DNA of 64,000 nucleotides, taken from NCBI GenBank assembly GCA_050943615.1, contig JBMNPN010000001.1, forward strand, positions 33,825 through 97,824, given 5' to 3'. How positions within the stretch are numbered: the stretch's first letter is position 1; every line of letters starts with the position of its first letter. A program made the position numbers and the translations under genes. The DNA comes from Coriobacteriales bacterium (GTDB taxonomy: Bacteria; Actinomycetota; Coriobacteriia; Coriobacteriales; QAMH01). A model generated the notes under the pieces. It was given only the letters and a program-made list of their open reading frames with translations. It did no database searches and was not told where the DNA came from. This document shows, one piece after another, positions 1 to 12,741 of this stretch.

Positions 1-1423
1 TGCCGTGCAGGCGAATATCCAGCGCGTGGCAGACCTGCTCGACGATTACGAAGCAGAACGCGGTCACGTGATCGGCGGCGCTGCCCAGTACTTCTCGAAT
101 CTGCTCGACATGGCGCAGCGGGGAGCCGGTGCCCGCGATTCGCTCGGCGCCATGGTCTCCGACGGCAAAGAGGCCGTGCAGATCATGACGATCCATGCTT
201 CAAAGGGGCTCGAGTTCCCCATCGTCGCCGTCGCGGAATACGATGACAGCAACATCGGCAAGGGAAGCGACGTCATCTCGCTTTCCGAGGAGGGCAAGAG
301 CTATCTTGCGCTTTCCGTGGATGCACAGGAAAAGATAAAGAAGGATTTCGATGCCGATGCCGAAGAGCCCGACACGTTCGGGGCCGCTTCGAGCCGTGCG
401 GGCTTTTCCGTGCACGCACAGCGCCTGCAACGTCGCCGTGCAGACGAGGAAAGCCAGCGGCTCCTCTACGTGGCGCTCACCCGTGCGCGCGATGTCCTCA
501 TCCTCATCGAGCACGATTCTTCCTATCTCACCAAGCAAAAACTCGGCTCTGCCCTTGGCTGTCGAGCGCTTTCGGCGGCCTTTGACGAGGAGCTTCCCCA
601 ATCGGGTGCAAAGGTGCGCACGGCGTCGGGGGCGCTCGTCTCCATGACGCTGAACGAGGTCCCCTTCGAAAGTGTCGGAGAAACGCCAGAAGAGGGAGGG
701 ACCGAAAAGGATGCGCGCATCGAGCATCCGCTCGTGCCGCTTGCCGAGCGCCCGCACATTTCCTCCTACCTCAGCATCCCACCGCTTTCCTATTCGTATT
801 CCTCGCTTGCCCGGGGAGTGCGGGAAGTGTCCGCCGCCGCCCCGCCACGCGAGGCGCTCGTGCTGCCCGAGCGCGTCATCCCGGAAAAGACCGTGAGTCC
901 ATTTGGCTCGGCCTTCCACTTGGTGGCGCAGTGGCTTGCCTGCACGGGCTCTGATGAGGGCATTGAGGCGCGCATCGGTGCAGCCGAGCGCCGCTATGTG
1001 CTCGATGCCCTCGAGCGCGAGCGGCTCGTGGATGCGCTCGATTCCTGGCGCTCGTCTAAACGTTATGCCGAGGCGCGCTCGTATCCGGAAGTCTATGCAG
1101 AGCATCACTTCTGCGTTGACCTCATGGGCCTTCCGCTCGAAGGGTACCTCGACCTCTTCTGCCTGGACCGTGATCACCGCCAGGCGCTCGTCATCGACTA
1201 CAAGACCGGCGAGAGCGGAGAGGAGTCCGAGCTGAAGGAGCGCTACCGTCTGCAGGCGGACTGCTATGCCTATGCCGTTCTCTCCGCAGCAGAGGTGACC
1301 GAAGTCGAGCTGTGCTTCGTGCGCCCGGAAGTCGACATGCAGGAAATCCGCTTTACCTACGACCAGTCAGATCTGGAGACGCTGCCCCTGCGCATCTTGG
1401 ACGCCTGCTCAACGGATGCGTGA
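1..1423 (+). CDS. UvrD/AddA-type helicase-nuclease, C-terminal part (5' end outside window)
   Basis: ORF open to the left edge. Helicase C-terminal motifs TIHASKGLEFP and LLYVALTRARD, then a RecB-type PD-(D/E)XK nuclease block (DLFCLD...LVIDYKTGE...RYRLQADCYAYA). Confidence 0.75.
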   Translation, partial: AVQANIQRVADLLDDYEAERGHVIGGAAQYFSNLLDMAQRGAGARDSLGAMVSDGKEAVQIMTIHASKGLEFPIVAVAEYDDSNIGKGSDVISLSEEGKSYLALSVDAQEKIKKDFDADAEEPDTFGAASSRAGFSVHAQRLQRRRADEESQRLLYVALTRARDVLILIEHDSSYLTKQKLGSALGCRALSAAFDEELPQSGAKVRTASGALVSMTLNEVPFESVGETPEEGGTEKDARIEHPLVPLAERPHISSYLSIPPLSYSYSSLARGVREVSAAAPPREALVLPERVIPEKTVSPFGSAFHLVAQWLACTGSDEGIEARIGAAERRYVLDALERERLVDALDSWRSSKRYAEARSYPEVYAEHHFCVDLMGLPLEGYLDLFCLDRDHRQALVIDYKTGESGEESELKERYRLQADCYAYAVLSAAEVTEVELCFVRPEVDMQEIRFTYDQSDLETLPLRILDACSTDA

Positions 1424-1464
1424 CCGTTACCTCCCGCGGGTGGGAATCTCCTCGCGCTCCTGCT

Positions 1465-2868
1465 ATGGTCAGTGCTTTGATGGCACAGGCGATCAGGAGG
1501 AGCGCCCCCGTGGGCAAGGCAGTCGATATCTCGCAGCACTTCACCATGGCTGCGCTGCTGCGCTATTGCGCGCCGAGCATAGTGGTGATGATCTTCACCT
1601 CGGCCTACGTCATCGCCGACAGCCTCTTCATCTCCAACTGCGTGGGCAAGGTCGCCTATGCGGCGGTCAACATCATCTTTCCCTTCATCCAGATACTCGG
1701 GGCGGTCGGACTCGTGTTCGGCACGGGAGGCGCCGCGCTGGTCTCGATAACACGCGGACGCGGGAGCGGGGAACTCGCAAACCGGCAGTTCTCGCTGTTC
1801 ATCTACGCCGCGATTGTCGTGGCCGCGCTCCTCGGCGCCCTCGGGTTCGCATGTATGCCCCAGGTCGCGCGCTTGCTGGGTGCAGACGAGTCCATGCTCG
1901 ACATGTGCATTTCCTACGGGCGGATCCTCATCGTCATCTTGCCCGGCTTTGTATTGCAGTATGCCTTTGAGAGCTACTTCCCCGCATCGGGAAAGCCCAA
2001 CCTCGGCATCGTGTTCTCCGTGCTGGGCGGTGTCGTCAACATCGCCCTCGATGCGCTGTTCATCATCGGCTTTGGCTGGGGGCTCACCGGAGCTGCCCTG
2101 GCAACGGACCTCGGCGTCGTGTGCGCGGGTTTTGGCCCAATCGTCTACTTTGCGCGTCCCAACGCGAGCATGCTCAGGCTCGGGCGCACGAGCTTTGATG
2201 CAAAGACGCTGAAGAAGGCCTGCATCAACGGCTCTTCCGAGATGGTGAGCAATATCGCTTTTTCCATTGTGGCAATGGTCTACAACATCCAGCTCATGAG
2301 GCTCATCGGCTCCGACGGCGTCGCCGCCTACGGCGTCCTCCTCGAGCTCTCCATGATCTTCTCGGGCGTCTTCATGGGATTTGCCATCGGCTCGACGCCG
2401 CTCATGAGTTACCAGTTCGGCGCTCGCAACACGCAAGAGATGCGCAGCATCTTCAAGAAGGGCCTGCTCGTCATCGCCGTTTCCGGTGTAGCCATGTTTC
2501 TGCTCTCGACTGTCTTTGCGCGCCCCCTCGCGTGGCTCTACGTGAGCTATGACGCCGCGCTCCTCGACCTGACCACCTATGCGCTCAGGATCTACTCGCT
2601 GTCCTTTCTCATCATGGGCTTCAACATCTGCTGCTCCTCGCTTTTCACCTCGCTTGGCAACGGGCACGTGAGCGCGCTTCTATCCGTGTTACGCACCTTC
2701 GTGTTCGAGATTGGCTCGGTGCTCGTGCTTCCGCTCTTTTTCGGCGCAGACGGTATCTGGGTCTCCGTGCTGGTCGCCGAGGTGGCAACGCTCTGCTTTT
2801 CGGTGGGCTTCGTGCGCGCCCTCGGCCCCGGCTACGGGCTGGTGCGCGGACGTGGTGACGAGCGCTAG
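1465..2868 (+). CDS. MATE family efflux transporter
   Basis: Polytopic hydrophobic protein with a MATE-like N-terminus (LLRYCAPSIVVMIFTSAYVIADSLFISN). Track start 1312 overlaps the upstream gene; the first internal ATG is at 1465. Confidence 0.85.
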   Translation: MVSALMAQAIRRSAPVGKAVDISQHFTMAALLRYCAPSIVVMIFTSAYVIADSLFISNCVGKVAYAAVNIIFPFIQILGAVGLVFGTGGAALVSITRGRGSGELANRQFSLFIYAAIVVAALLGALGFACMPQVARLLGADESMLDMCISYGRILIVILPGFVLQYAFESYFPASGKPNLGIVFSVLGGVVNIALDALFIIGFGWGLTGAALATDLGVVCAGFGPIVYFARPNASMLRLGRTSFDAKTLKKACINGSSEMVSNIAFSIVAMVYNIQLMRLIGSDGVAAYGVLLELSMIFSGVFMGFAIGSTPLMSYQFGARNTQEMRSIFKKGLLVIAVSGVAMFLLSTVFARPLAWLYVSYDAALLDLTTYALRIYSLSFLIMGFNICCSSLFTSLGNGHVSALLSVLRTFVFEIGSVLVLPLFFGADGIWVSVLVAEVATLCFSVGFVRALGPGYGLVRGRGDER

Positions 2869-4112
2869 TCCTTGCCGCCCGACTGGCTCGTGGTTCCGGT
2901 CGTGTCCGTCTTCATCTTGAGCTGCCTGCCGAACTTGAGCATGTCATCGCCAAAGCGGTCGCGGATCTTGTCGGCGGCGCTCATGACCTCGGGTTTCCCC
3001 TGCGGCAGCTCGTCTTTTTCAAAGAGGTCGAGCTGTGCTCCCCTCGAGCTGAATCCCGAGATGGTGACGCCCACGAGGCGCACGGCGTCTCCGGGGCGCC
3101 AGATCTCGTCGACAAGCTCCTTTGCAATCGGGATGAAGATGTTCTCATCGTCGACTTGCCTGGAAAACGTCCGCTGAGCCGTGCGGCGGCTCAGGTCGGA
3201 AAAGCGCAGTTTGAGCGTCACGGTATGCCCCGCGAGTCCCTTCTTGCGCAGGCGCCTTCCCACCATGGGGGCGACAAGGTCGATGGCATCTTCGATTTCC
3301 CGGCGGTCTTTGAGGTCGCGCTCGAAGGTCCGCTCGTTTCCCACTGACTTGACCGGGGAGGAGACCTCGATTTCACGACCGTCGATTCCGGCGGCGCGCC
3401 CGCACATGACGGCCGCGTTTACCCCGAAGATGGGCTCGAGCTCGACAGGGTCGCAGGCGGCGAGCTGGCCGAGTGTCTTGATACCCCGTGCGTTCAGCCG
3501 CTCGGCGCTCCTCTTGCCGATGCCGGGCAGCGCGCGTATGGGAAGCGGCGCCAGAAAGTCCGCCTCGCTTCCCGGATAGACCACGGTGAGCCCGCGGGGC
3601 TTGTCCCGCTCGCTTGCGATCTTTGCCGTCACCTTGCCGTTCGCGACGCCGATCGAGCAGGTGATGCCGAGCTTTGAGACGCGCTCCTGGATGCGCAGCG
3701 CGATCTCCACCGGGTCTTCTGCCAGGTAGCGACCCGGCGTCACGTCCAAGTAGGCCTCGTCGATCGAAACCTGCTGGAGCAGGGGAGACTCGTTTTTCAG
3801 GATGTCCATGACCTTGCCCGAGAGCTCGCGGTAGCGGTCGAAGCGCGCATGCGCCCAGATGGCATCGGGGCACAGCCGCCGTGCCTGCGCGCTCGGCATC
3901 GCGGAGTGCACGCCATAGACGCGTGCCTCATAGGAGGCAGTGGAGACGACGCCGCGTTTCTCTGCATCTCCGCCCACGATGACGGGCTTGCCGCGCCATT
4001 CGGGGTGGTCGAGCTGCTCGACGGAGGCAAAGAACGCGTCGAGGTCGACGAGGAGGAAGGCCTTCCCCTTCCAGGGAGCCGGGATGCCCGTTTTTGTTTC
4101 TCTCGTGGCCAT
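2865..4112 (-). CDS. dinB: DNA polymerase IV (Y-family)
   Basis: LLVDLDAFFASVEQ, SIDEAYLDV and the overall DinB layout; ATG at 4112. Confidence 0.9.
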   Translation of the reverse strand: MATRETKTGIPAPWKGKAFLLVDLDAFFASVEQLDHPEWRGKPVIVGGDAEKRGVVSTASYEARVYGVHSAMPSAQARRLCPDAIWAHARFDRYRELSGKVMDILKNESPLLQQVSIDEAYLDVTPGRYLAEDPVEIALRIQERVSKLGITCSIGVANGKVTAKIASERDKPRGLTVVYPGSEADFLAPLPIRALPGIGKRSAERLNARGIKTLGQLAACDPVELEPIFGVNAAVMCGRAAGIDGREIEVSSPVKSVGNERTFERDLKDRREIEDAIDLVAPMVGRRLRKKGLAGHTVTLKLRFSDLSRRTAQRTFSRQVDDENIFIPIAKELVDEIWRPGDAVRLVGVTISGFSSRGAQLDLFEKDELPQGKPEVMSAADKIRDRFGDDMLKFGRQLKMKTDTTGTTSQSGGKD

Positions 4113-4190
4113 GTTCTCATTTTAGCCTCGCCATGCACGTGTCACACGCTACAATGACTAGCGCTCAGGTTTTCGAGGGAAGGCGCTGCT

Positions 4191-4859
4191 TTGGCCCACA
4201 AACAGAAGTTCGATTATTTCGATGCGTTCGTGAAGATCTCGACGTATGGCGTCCAGTCTTCGGACAAGATCGTTTCCTTCTTTCTCGAACACTTTGACGA
4301 GACGACAAAGACCGGCTCCATCACCTCGAAGGAGACCCTGCGCTTTCTCGAGGAGCTCCACGAACTCGAGGACGCCTCAGACGACGTCGTCCACGTACTT
4401 CTCAGAAACCTCTCCAACGAGTTCGTCACCCCCATCGACCGCGAGGACATCGTCTACCTCTCAAACGCCCTCGACGACATCGTCGATGAGCTCGATGACG
4501 TGGTGCAGAGGCTCTACATGTACCACGTGAACACCATCGTGCCCGAACTGGTGGAGATGGCCCAGGTCGTGCACGAGGCGACCTGTGCCGTGCAGAAGGC
4601 CTGCGAGAAGTTCACCCACTTCAAGAAGTCCCGCTCCATCCACGAGTACATCGTCCAGATCAACGATTGCGAAGACCGCGGAGACCGCGTCTACATTCGC
4701 TCGGTGCACCGCATCTACGGCCGCTCCCAAGACGGCGCGTTCGATGGCCCGCTCGATGCCTACGGCTTCTCCCAGGTGCTCAGCTCGCTGGAACGCTGCT
4801 GCGATGCGTGCGAGGACGTCGGGGACACCATTGCGACGGTCATGATCAAGAATTCCTAG
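4191..4859 (+). CDS. DUF47 / PhoU-like helical protein
   Basis: TTG start preceded by GAGGGAAGG. N-terminus KFDYFDAF and a helical acidic repeat pattern typical of DUF47. No Pit transporter next to it. Confidence 0.7.
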   Translation: MAHKQKFDYFDAFVKISTYGVQSSDKIVSFFLEHFDETTKTGSITSKETLRFLEELHELEDASDDVVHVLLRNLSNEFVTPIDREDIVYLSNALDDIVDELDDVVQRLYMYHVNTIVPELVEMAQVVHEATCAVQKACEKFTHFKKSRSIHEYIVQINDCEDRGDRVYIRSVHRIYGRSQDGAFDGPLDAYGFSQVLSSLERCCDACEDVGDTIATVMIKNS

Positions 4860-4966
4860 TTCGAACGGCGCTTCTAATCTAACGAATTTGCTACGGACTG
4901 CGTATTCAAAGGCAGTTGGGGTAGAATCCGTGTTTGTCGCCTGCTGGCTTTTTGCCCGCGTGCGAT

Positions 4967-5051
4967 GCGGGCGTGGCGGAACTGGCAGACGCGCTGGATT
5001 TAGGTTCCAGTGGGGCAACCCGTGAAGGTTCGAGTCCTTTCGCCCGCACCA
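4967..5051 (+). tRNA. tRNA-Leu (anticodon TAG), encoded CCA
   Basis: Hand-folded cloverleaf: acceptor GCGGGCG/CGCCCGC, anticodon stem CTGGA/TCCAG with loop TTTAGGT, long variable arm, T-loop TTCGAGT, 3' ACCA. Confidence 0.9.
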
Positions 5052-5126
5052 AACAGCACTACAAGACGCACCGGGTGTGCAAGGCGCCCGTGGCAGCGAG
5101 ATGGAAAAACGAAGTTGGAGGATACG

Positions 5127-6434
5127 TTGGAAGTCACGACAAGCATCTCGGAAGATGACAAGACCCGGACCACTGTCACGGTCGAGCTGAGCCCTGAAGA
5201 GGTGAAAGAGCACGTAGACGCCTTCTTCAAGCAGCTTGCGAAGAACCGCATCCCGGGTTTCCGCCCGGGCAGGGCGCCGCGCAAGGTTCTCGAGCAGAAC
5301 TTCGGCGGTCATGACACCGTCTATTCGGAAATCGCATCCGACATGGTCAACGACGTCGCCGCCGGCGCCGCCGACAGCAAGGACATCCTGTTCATCACCG
5401 ATCCCGAGTTCGACGAGCTCCCCGAGCTCAAGGACGGCGAGTCGTTCACCTTCTCGTTTGCCGGCAAGGTAAAGCCCGATGTCGAGCTGTTGAGCTCCGA
5501 TCCGGTCGAGATCAAGATGCCGCCCGAGAAGGCGACGCCCGAAGAGATCGACGCCCAGATCGAGACGCTGCGCGCATACTACTATTCCTTCGAGGAGCAT
5601 GACGGCGCCGCCACCGACGACGACTACGTCATGGCAACGCTCGAGACCACCGAGGGCGATGGCGACAAAAAGTCCGAGGAGTACAGCAGCTCGAGCCGTC
5701 TGATTGAGCTCGATGGCTCCGGCGCGATGCCCAAGGAGCTGTGCAAGCAGCTCGTCGGCATGAAGAAGGACGAGACCAAGGAGTTCGACTGGAAAGACGA
5801 CGACGGCAAGGCCTTCCACACCAAGGCGACCGTCACCAAGGTCGAGACCAAGGTGCTTCCCGAGCTCGACCAGGACTTCGCCGAGCGCATCGGCGTGGAG
5901 TCCATCGATGCGCTGCGCGACGAGATCGAAAAGCAGCTCAACGAGAGCAAGGACAAGGTACTTCCCGACCTCAAGGAGCGCCGTTGCGTCGAGGAGCTCG
6001 CCAAGCGCGTCGCCGGCGCCGTCGACCCCGACTACGTCAGCTTCTCCCGCCAGGACATCCTGCGCGATTTCTTCAACAACCTCCAGCGTCAGGGCGTGAC
6101 GTTCGACCAGTACCTCCAGCAGCGCGGCATCACCGCCGACGATTTCCAGAAGGACCTCGACGAGGAGGCCAAGGAGAACGCCGAGCAGAGCCTGGCGCTC
6201 GACGCGCTGTTCCGCGACCGCGGAATGGAGCTCACCGAGGAGGACATCGACAAGGAGTTCCAGCTCGTCGATGACCCCGAGGGCACGCGCAAGCAGTGGG
6301 AAGAGAGCGGACGCATGTCGATGCTGCGCGAGGCGCTCCGTCGTCAGAAGGCCGTCGAATGGCTCATCGATACCGCCAAGGTCACCATCGAGGAGCCGGG
6401 CGCCGAGTCCGACGAGGACGAAGAGCAGGAATAG
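5127..6434 (+). CDS. tig: trigger factor
   Basis: TTG start 4 nt after GGAGGA. (M)[21 protein letters not shown]...[10 protein letters not shown] matches a trigger-factor N-terminus. Track start 5010 would overlap the tRNA. Confidence 0.9.
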   Translation: MEVTTSISEDDKTRTTVTVELSPEEVKEHVDAFFKQLAKNRIPGFRPGRAPRKVLEQNFGGHDTVYSEIASDMVNDVAAGAADSKDILFITDPEFDELPELKDGESFTFSFAGKVKPDVELLSSDPVEIKMPPEKATPEEIDAQIETLRAYYYSFEEHDGAATDDDYVMATLETTEGDGDKKSEEYSSSSRLIELDGSGAMPKELCKQLVGMKKDETKEFDWKDDDGKAFHTKATVTKVETKVLPELDQDFAERIGVESIDALRDEIEKQLNESKDKVLPDLKERRCVEELAKRVAGAVDPDYVSFSRQDILRDFFNNLQRQGVTFDQYLQQRGITADDFQKDLDEEAKENAEQSLALDALFRDRGMELTEEDIDKEFQLVDDPEGTRKQWEESGRMSMLREALRRQKAVEWLIDTAKVTIEEPGAESDEDEEQE

Positions 6435-6489
6435 GCAAGTCAGGGTTTTTGGGGAGGACCGCAAACCCGACGTGAGAAAGAAGAACGAA

Positions 6490-7128
6490 ATGACAATCTA
6501 CCAACCGATTCAAGACCCGCTGATCCCCTATGTCATCGAGCAGTCTCCGCGTGGCGAGCGCAGCTACGACATCTACTCCCGCCTGCTCAATGACCGCGTC
6601 GTCTTTCTGGGCGAGGAGGTCACCGATGCCTCGGCCAACTCCGTCGTGGCGCAGCTCCTGCACCTCGAGAGCGCAGATCCCGACAAGGACATCTCCTTCT
6701 ACATCAACTCGCCGGGCGGCTCGGTGACTGCCGGTCTGGCTATCTACGACACCATGCAGTTCATCAAGCCCGATGTCTCCACGATCTGCATCGGCCAATG
6801 CGCGTCCATGGGCGCGGTGCTGCTGGCTGCGGGCGCGCCGGGCAAGCGCTTTGCGCTTCCCAACTCCCGCATCATGATCCACCAGCCTTCCGGTGGTGCC
6901 CAGGGCAAGCAGACCGATATCCAGATCATGGCCGACGAGATCCTGAAGATTCGCGAGCAGTTGAACGGCATCCTCTCCAAGCACACCGGCCAGCCGCTCG
7001 AGAAGATCCAAGAGGACACCGAGAAGGACAACTTCATGTCGGCGCAGGAGGCCGCTGAATATGGTCTCGTCGATGACGTGATCAAGTCGCGCGCCGCCTC
7101 TGCCGCCGAGAAGAACGAAGAGAAGTAG
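6490..7128 (+). CDS. clpP: ATP-dependent Clp protease proteolytic subunit
   Basis: [26 protein letters not shown] motifs; internal ATG at 6490. Confidence 0.95.
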   Translation: MTIYQPIQDPLIPYVIEQSPRGERSYDIYSRLLNDRVVFLGEEVTDASANSVVAQLLHLESADPDKDISFYINSPGGSVTAGLAIYDTMQFIKPDVSTICIGQCASMGAVLLAAGAPGKRFALPNSRIMIHQPSGGAQGKQTDIQIMADEILKIREQLNGILSKHTGQPLEKIQEDTEKDNFMSAQEAAEYGLVDDVIKSRAASAAEKNEEK

Positions 7129-7141
7129 GAAGCGCTGACCC

Positions 7142-8440
<1,299 letters not shown>

Positions 8441-8453
8441 AAGTGCTTTAATA

Positions 8454-8492
8454 GCTGCTGCGGCCTTTTTTCGGGTCGCGGCAGCTTTTTGT
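8454..8492 (+). terminator. intrinsic terminator after clpX
   Basis: 12-bp stem GCTGCTGCGGCC/GGTCGCGGCAGC (two G-U pairs), 8-nt loop, then TTTTTGT. Confidence 0.7.
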
Positions 8493-8525
8493 ATGTACAG
8501 CGCAGATTTACCGAAGGATACCGAC

Positions 8526-11207
8526 ATGCCAGATATGCCCAAGACCTACGAGCCCAAGGAAGTGGAGGAGCGCATCCTCAAAAAGTGGCTCGACGGCAAG
8601 TACTACAGCCGCTCCGAGGGGACGCGCGGCGACCGCACCGTCGTCATCCCGCCGCCCAACGTCACCGGCATGTTGCATATGGGCCATGCGCTCGACGATA
8701 CCATCCAGGATACCTACATCCGCTACTCGCGCATGCGCGGCTATTCCACGCGCTGGATTCTCGGTACCGACCATGCCGGCATCGCGACGCAGACCAAGGT
8801 CGACAAGCACCTGAAGGAACAGGGTATCTCCCGTCTGGAGATCGGGCGCGAAAAGTTCGTGGAAGAGTGCCAGAAGTGGCGTAAAGAGTACGGCGGCATC
8901 ATCGTCGAGCAGATCAAGCGCATGGGCTGCTCGGTCGATTTCGACGACGAGAAGTTCACGATGTCGCCCGAATACGCGCGCGCGGTGCGCAAGGTGTTCT
9001 GCGACTGGTACCACGACGGGCTCATCTACCGGGGTAAGCGCATCGTCAACTGGTGCCCGAGCTGCTCCACCGCCATCAGCGATGACGAGGCGGAGTACAA
9101 GGACGAGAAAGGCCACCTCTGGTACCTGCGCTATCCTCTTACCGAGCCGGTCGATGGCGTGGAGTACATCACCGTGGCGACGACCCGCCCCGAGACGATG
9201 CTCGGCGACACGGGCGTGGCCGTTTCCCCCGACGATCCCGACAAGGCAAAGTTCATCGGCAAGACGGTAAAGCTTCCCATCGTGGACCGCGAGATCCCGA
9301 TTTTCTCCGACTGGCACGTAGATGCGGGCTTTGGCACCGGCTTCGTCAAGGTGACGCCCGCGCACGACCCCAACGACTATGCGATGGGACAGACCCACGA
9401 TCTGCCGCAGATCAACATCTTCGACGAGCATGCCGTCGTCGTCGACGGCTACGGCGAGTTCTCCGGGCTCGACCGCGATGCCTGCCGCGAGCGCGTCGTC
9501 GCCTGGTTCGAGGAGCACGACCTGCTCGACCACGTCGAGGACATCGAGCACTCCGTCATGCACTGCTACCGCTGCGATTCCGCGCTCGAGCCCTGGCTGT
9601 CCGAACAGTGGTTCGTCGCGGTCGACAAGCTAAAGGGCCCGGCCACCGATGTCGTCGAGAACGGAGAGGTGACCTTTCACCCGAGCCGCTGGACACAGAC
9701 GTACATGACCTGGATGGAGAACCTCAAGGACTGGTGCATCAGCCGCCAGCTGTGGTGGGGACACCGCATCCCCGTCTTCTACTGCGACGAGTGCGGCTGG
9801 CAAGACGCGCTTCTCGAGGACACGGACACCTGCCCCAAGTGCGGCGCCCACGTCCATCAGGACGAAGACGTGCTCGACACCTGGTTCTCGAGCCAGCTGT
9901 GGACCTTCGCCACGCAGGGCTGGCCCGACCATCCCGAGCAGATGGAGGGGCACCATCCCACCAAGGTGCTCGTCACGGCGCGCGACATCATCGCGCTGTG
10001 GGTGGCGCGCATGGTCATGAGCTCGCTCTACTTCACGCACGAGATCCCGTTCCACGACGTCTTCATCTACGCGACGATCCTTGCCAAGGACGGTAGCCGC
10101 ATGTCCAAGTCCAAGGGCAACGGCGTCGACCCGATGGACCTCATCGAGAAGTACGGTGCCGATGCGATGCGCTACAACCTGCTCACGCTCGTCACCAACA
10201 ACCAGGACGTCAAGTTCGACGCCAACATCGACAAGAAGACCCACAAGCTCATCGACTCGCCGCGCACGGACGCGGCGCGCAACTTTGTCACCAAGATCTG
10301 GAACGCGAGCCGCTTCGTGCTCATGAACCTCGATGGCTACGAGCCCGGCGAGCCGGAGGCGGCGACCCGCGCCGATGCCTGGATCCTCTCGCGCCTGGCA
10401 AAGCTCACGCGCTCGGTCACCGACGGCATCGAGGAGTACCGCTTTGGCGATGTGGCCCGCGAGCTCTACGGCTTTTTCTGGAACGAGTTCTGCGACTGGT
10501 ACATCGAGCTGTGCAAGGACCGCCTCAACTCCGACGATGCGGAAGAGCGCGCCGTGGCGCAGCGAAATCTCGTCTTCGTGCTCGACACCGCGCTCAGGCT
10601 CCTGCATCCGGTCATGCCATTCGTGACCGAGGCGATCTGGGAGATCCTGCCGCTTGACGATGACGCACCCGCCTTGATGGTGGCCGCCTGGCCCGAACCC
10701 GACGAACTCGCCAAGTGGATCGACGAGCCCACCGAACAGGCGATTTCGCTTGCCACCAAGATGGTCGGCTCCGTGCGTTCCACGCGTGCGCGCTATGGTA
10801 TCAGCCCGAAAACCGAGCTTTCCGTCTCCTGCCGTGCGGCCGGCGCGGATGCCGACAAGGTCTCCGGCCTGCTCGAGCAGGAGCGTCCGCTCATCAGCTC
10901 GCTTGCGCGCCTGAGCTCCTTTGAGGTCCTGCCCGCCGATGCGGCAAAGCCCGCCGAGTCCGGTGTTGATCTGGTCGAGGGCATCGAGGTCTTCACGAAG
11001 CTTACCGGCCTGGTCGACTTCGAAGAGGAGCGCGCCCGTCTGGAAAAGCGCCGCGGCAAGGCGCAAAAGGAGCTCGCCAAGCTCGACAAGAAGCTCGACA
11101 ATGAGAACTTCCTCTCCAAGGCGGCACCCGAGGCAGTCGAGAAGGTGCGCGCCGACCATGCCGAGCTCGAACGCGAGCTCGCGCTCATCGCAGCCCAGCT
11201 CGACTAG
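8526..11207 (+). CDS. valS: valine--tRNA ligase
   Basis: [12 protein letters not shown] (HIGH) and KMSKS motifs, C-terminal coiled coil. ATG 8526 has GAAGGA upstream; track start 8493 lacks an SD. Confidence 0.95.
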   Translation: MPDMPKTYEPKEVEERILKKWLDGKYYSRSEGTRGDRTVVIPPPNVTGMLHMGHALDDTIQDTYIRYSRMRGYSTRWILGTDHAGIATQTKVDKHLKEQGISRLEIGREKFVEECQKWRKEYGGIIVEQIKRMGCSVDFDDEKFTMSPEYARAVRKVFCDWYHDGLIYRGKRIVNWCPSCSTAISDDEAEYKDEKGHLWYLRYPLTEPVDGVEYITVATTRPETMLGDTGVAVSPDDPDKAKFIGKTVKLPIVDREIPIFSDWHVDAGFGTGFVKVTPAHDPNDYAMGQTHDLPQINIFDEHAVVVDGYGEFSGLDRDACRERVVAWFEEHDLLDHVEDIEHSVMHCYRCDSALEPWLSEQWFVAVDKLKGPATDVVENGEVTFHPSRWTQTYMTWMENLKDWCISRQLWWGHRIPVFYCDECGWQDALLEDTDTCPKCGAHVHQDEDVLDTWFSSQLWTFATQGWPDHPEQMEGHHPTKVLVTARDIIALWVARMVMSSLYFTHEIPFHDVFIYATILAKDGSRMSKSKGNGVDPMDLIEKYGADAMRYNLLTLVTNNQDVKFDANIDKKTHKLIDSPRTDAARNFVTKIWNASRFVLMNLDGYEPGEPEAATRADAWILSRLAKLTRSVTDGIEEYRFGDVARELYGFFWNEFCDWYIELCKDRLNSDDAEERAVAQRNLVFVLDTALRLLHPVMPFVTEAIWEILPLDDDAPALMVAAWPEPDELAKWIDEPTEQAISLATKMVGSVRSTRARYGISPKTELSVSCRAAGADADKVSGLLEQERPLISSLARLSSFEVLPADAAKPAESGVDLVEGIEVFTKLTGLVDFEEERARLEKRRGKAQKELAKLDKKLDNENFLSKAAPEAVEKVRADHAELERELALIAAQLD

Positions 11208-11278
11208 GGAGCAAGGGCACCCGCTCTCTTCGTTGGGGGCGTGACCAGCAAGGCCCAAGCTTGTAGATAAGGGCAGTC

Positions 11279-11323
11279 GACGGTCTTTTCCGCACATGCG
11301 GAAAGGGCCGTCTTTTCTTTTCG
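11279..11323 (+). terminator. intrinsic terminator after valS
   Basis: 15-bp stem GACGGTCTTTTCCGC/GCGGAAAGGGCCGTC (two G-U pairs), loop ACAT, then TTTTCTTTTCG. The track ATG 11296 lies in the loop. Confidence 0.7.
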
Positions 11324-11337
11324 AAGGGATGATGCGC

Positions 11338-12741
11338 ATGGCGCATATGAGGGAAAAGACATCCAACGGCGTGCTCTTCGCGCTGCTCTATGCAAACGCC
11401 TTTCTCGGCTCGTACTCGAACAACATCGTTAACGTCGCCCTTCCCGACATCATGGTCGAGTTCGCCGTCGATGCGACCACGGCGCAGTGGCTCGTCTCGG
11501 GTTTCATGATCGTCACGGTCATCACGGTGCTCTCCATGGCGAGCATCTACCGGCGCTTCGGGACGCGTACGCTCTTTCTTGCCGTGCAGTTCATCTTCAT
11601 CGGTGCCAACACGCTGGGGCTCCTCTCTCCGAGCTTTGCCCTCACGATGCTCGCGCGTCTGCTGCAGGGTGCGGGAACAGGCATCTCCATGCCGCTCATG
11701 ATGACGACGGTCATCCTGCTCGCCCCATCTGAAAGAAAGGGTTTTCTGCTCGGCATCGGCTCGTGCATCATCACGCTGGGCCCGGCATTTGCCCCGGTGG
11801 TCTCGGGCGCGCTCGTCACGGGTCTGGGGTGGCGGGCGATCTTCTTGCTGCCGCTCGTGCTCTCGGCGGTCCTTCTGGTGCTGGGCCTTGTCTTTGTGCG
11901 CAACGTCAACGAGACGCATCCCGGCTTGCCCGATGCGCTTTCCGCGCTGCTGCTCGCGGTGGGGATGTTCTTCGTCTCCTACGGTCTGACGCGCGTGGTC
12001 GCAAGCCCGCTCGATGGCGTCGCCTCGCTTCTGATCGGCGCTGGCGTCGTGGCGCTGTTCGCCTGGCGGCAGAAACGGGTCGCCCGCCCGCTGCTCAATC
12101 TCGCGCCCTTCAGAAACCCGCGCTTTCTTCCCTCGTGCGCGCTCGTGCTCGTGGTCCTCATGGCGACGTTCTCCATGTCCATCCTGTTGCCGCTCTACTA
12201 CGAGCAGGCCTGCGGCATGACGGCGCTCGTCGCGGGCTCGCTCATGATCGTGCCGGTGATCTGCAACACGGTGACGGGTGTGGCGGCAGGTGCGCTCTTC
12301 GACCGATTCGGGGGATGGCCGCTCATCGTGGTCGGTTTTGTCTGCATCGTCTTGGGTCAGGTGGCCATGGCCCTGAATGCGCAGGCGTTTTCCGTGCCGC
12401 TCATCATTGCGGCGGCATCGGTTGCCTACGGTGGCGTCGGACTCGCCTCGTCTCCCTCTCAGGTGCAGGGGCTGTCGGCCCTGGAGCGTAGGGACTACCC
12501 GCACGGGGTCTCGATTCTCGCGGGTGTCGTGCAGCTTGCGGGCACGCTGGCTCCGTCGCTGTACGTGAGCATCCTCGACCAGGTGCAGGCGACGCAAATT
12601 GCCGCCGGTGCCTCTGCTGCCATGGCTGGGGCAGCCGGTCTTTCCAGCGCGCTCGTCGTTGCGGCGGTCGTCTCGTTCGCCGGTCTTGCAATTGCCATTC
12701 CCTATACCTTTAAGCTCAGGAAGCATTCGAGCAGTAAGTGA
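11338..12741 (+). CDS. MFS transporter (DHA2/EmrB-like, many TMs)
   Basis: LPDIMVEFAVDATTAQWLVSGFMIV and about 14 hydrophobic segments. Start moved downstream of the terminator; 11329/11332/11347 are alternatives. Confidence 0.8.
   Translation: MAHMREKTSNGVLFALLYANAFLGSYSNNIVNVALPDIMVEFAVDATTAQWLVSGFMIVTVITVLSMASIYRRFGTRTLFLAVQFIFIGANTLGLLSPSFALTMLARLLQGAGTGISMPLMMTTVILLAPSERKGFLLGIGSCIITLGPAFAPVVSGALVTGLGWRAIFLLPLVLSAVLLVLGLVFVRNVNETHPGLPDALSALLLAVGMFFVSYGLTRVVASPLDGVASLLIGAGVVALFAWRQKRVARPLLNLAPFRNPRFLPSCALVLVVLMATFSMSILLPLYYEQACGMTALVAGSLMIVPVICNTVTGVAAGALFDRFGGWPLIVVGFVCIVLGQVAMALNAQAFSVPLIIAAASVAYGGVGLASSPSQVQGLSALERRDYPHGVSILAGVVQLAGTLAPSLYVSILDQVQATQIAAGASAAMAGAAGLSSALVVAAVVSFAGLAIAIPYTFKLRKHSSSK

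Noticed and set aside
4113-4190. Looked for a LexA/SOS box (GAAC-N4-GTTC or TCGAAC-N4-GTTCGA) upstream of dinB
   Set aside because: No such dyad is present in the dinB upstream region. The GTTCGAAC palindrome at 4857-4864 lies downstream of the DUF47 gene and is not positioned to regulate dinB.
4461-6464. 667-aa minus-strand ORF spanning the DUF47 gene, tRNA-Leu and tig
   Set aside because: It is antisense to well-supported genes and a tRNA. Its composition is low complexity (L/G/V/A/D/E-rich), typical of stop-poor antisense frames in GC-rich DNA, with no motifs.
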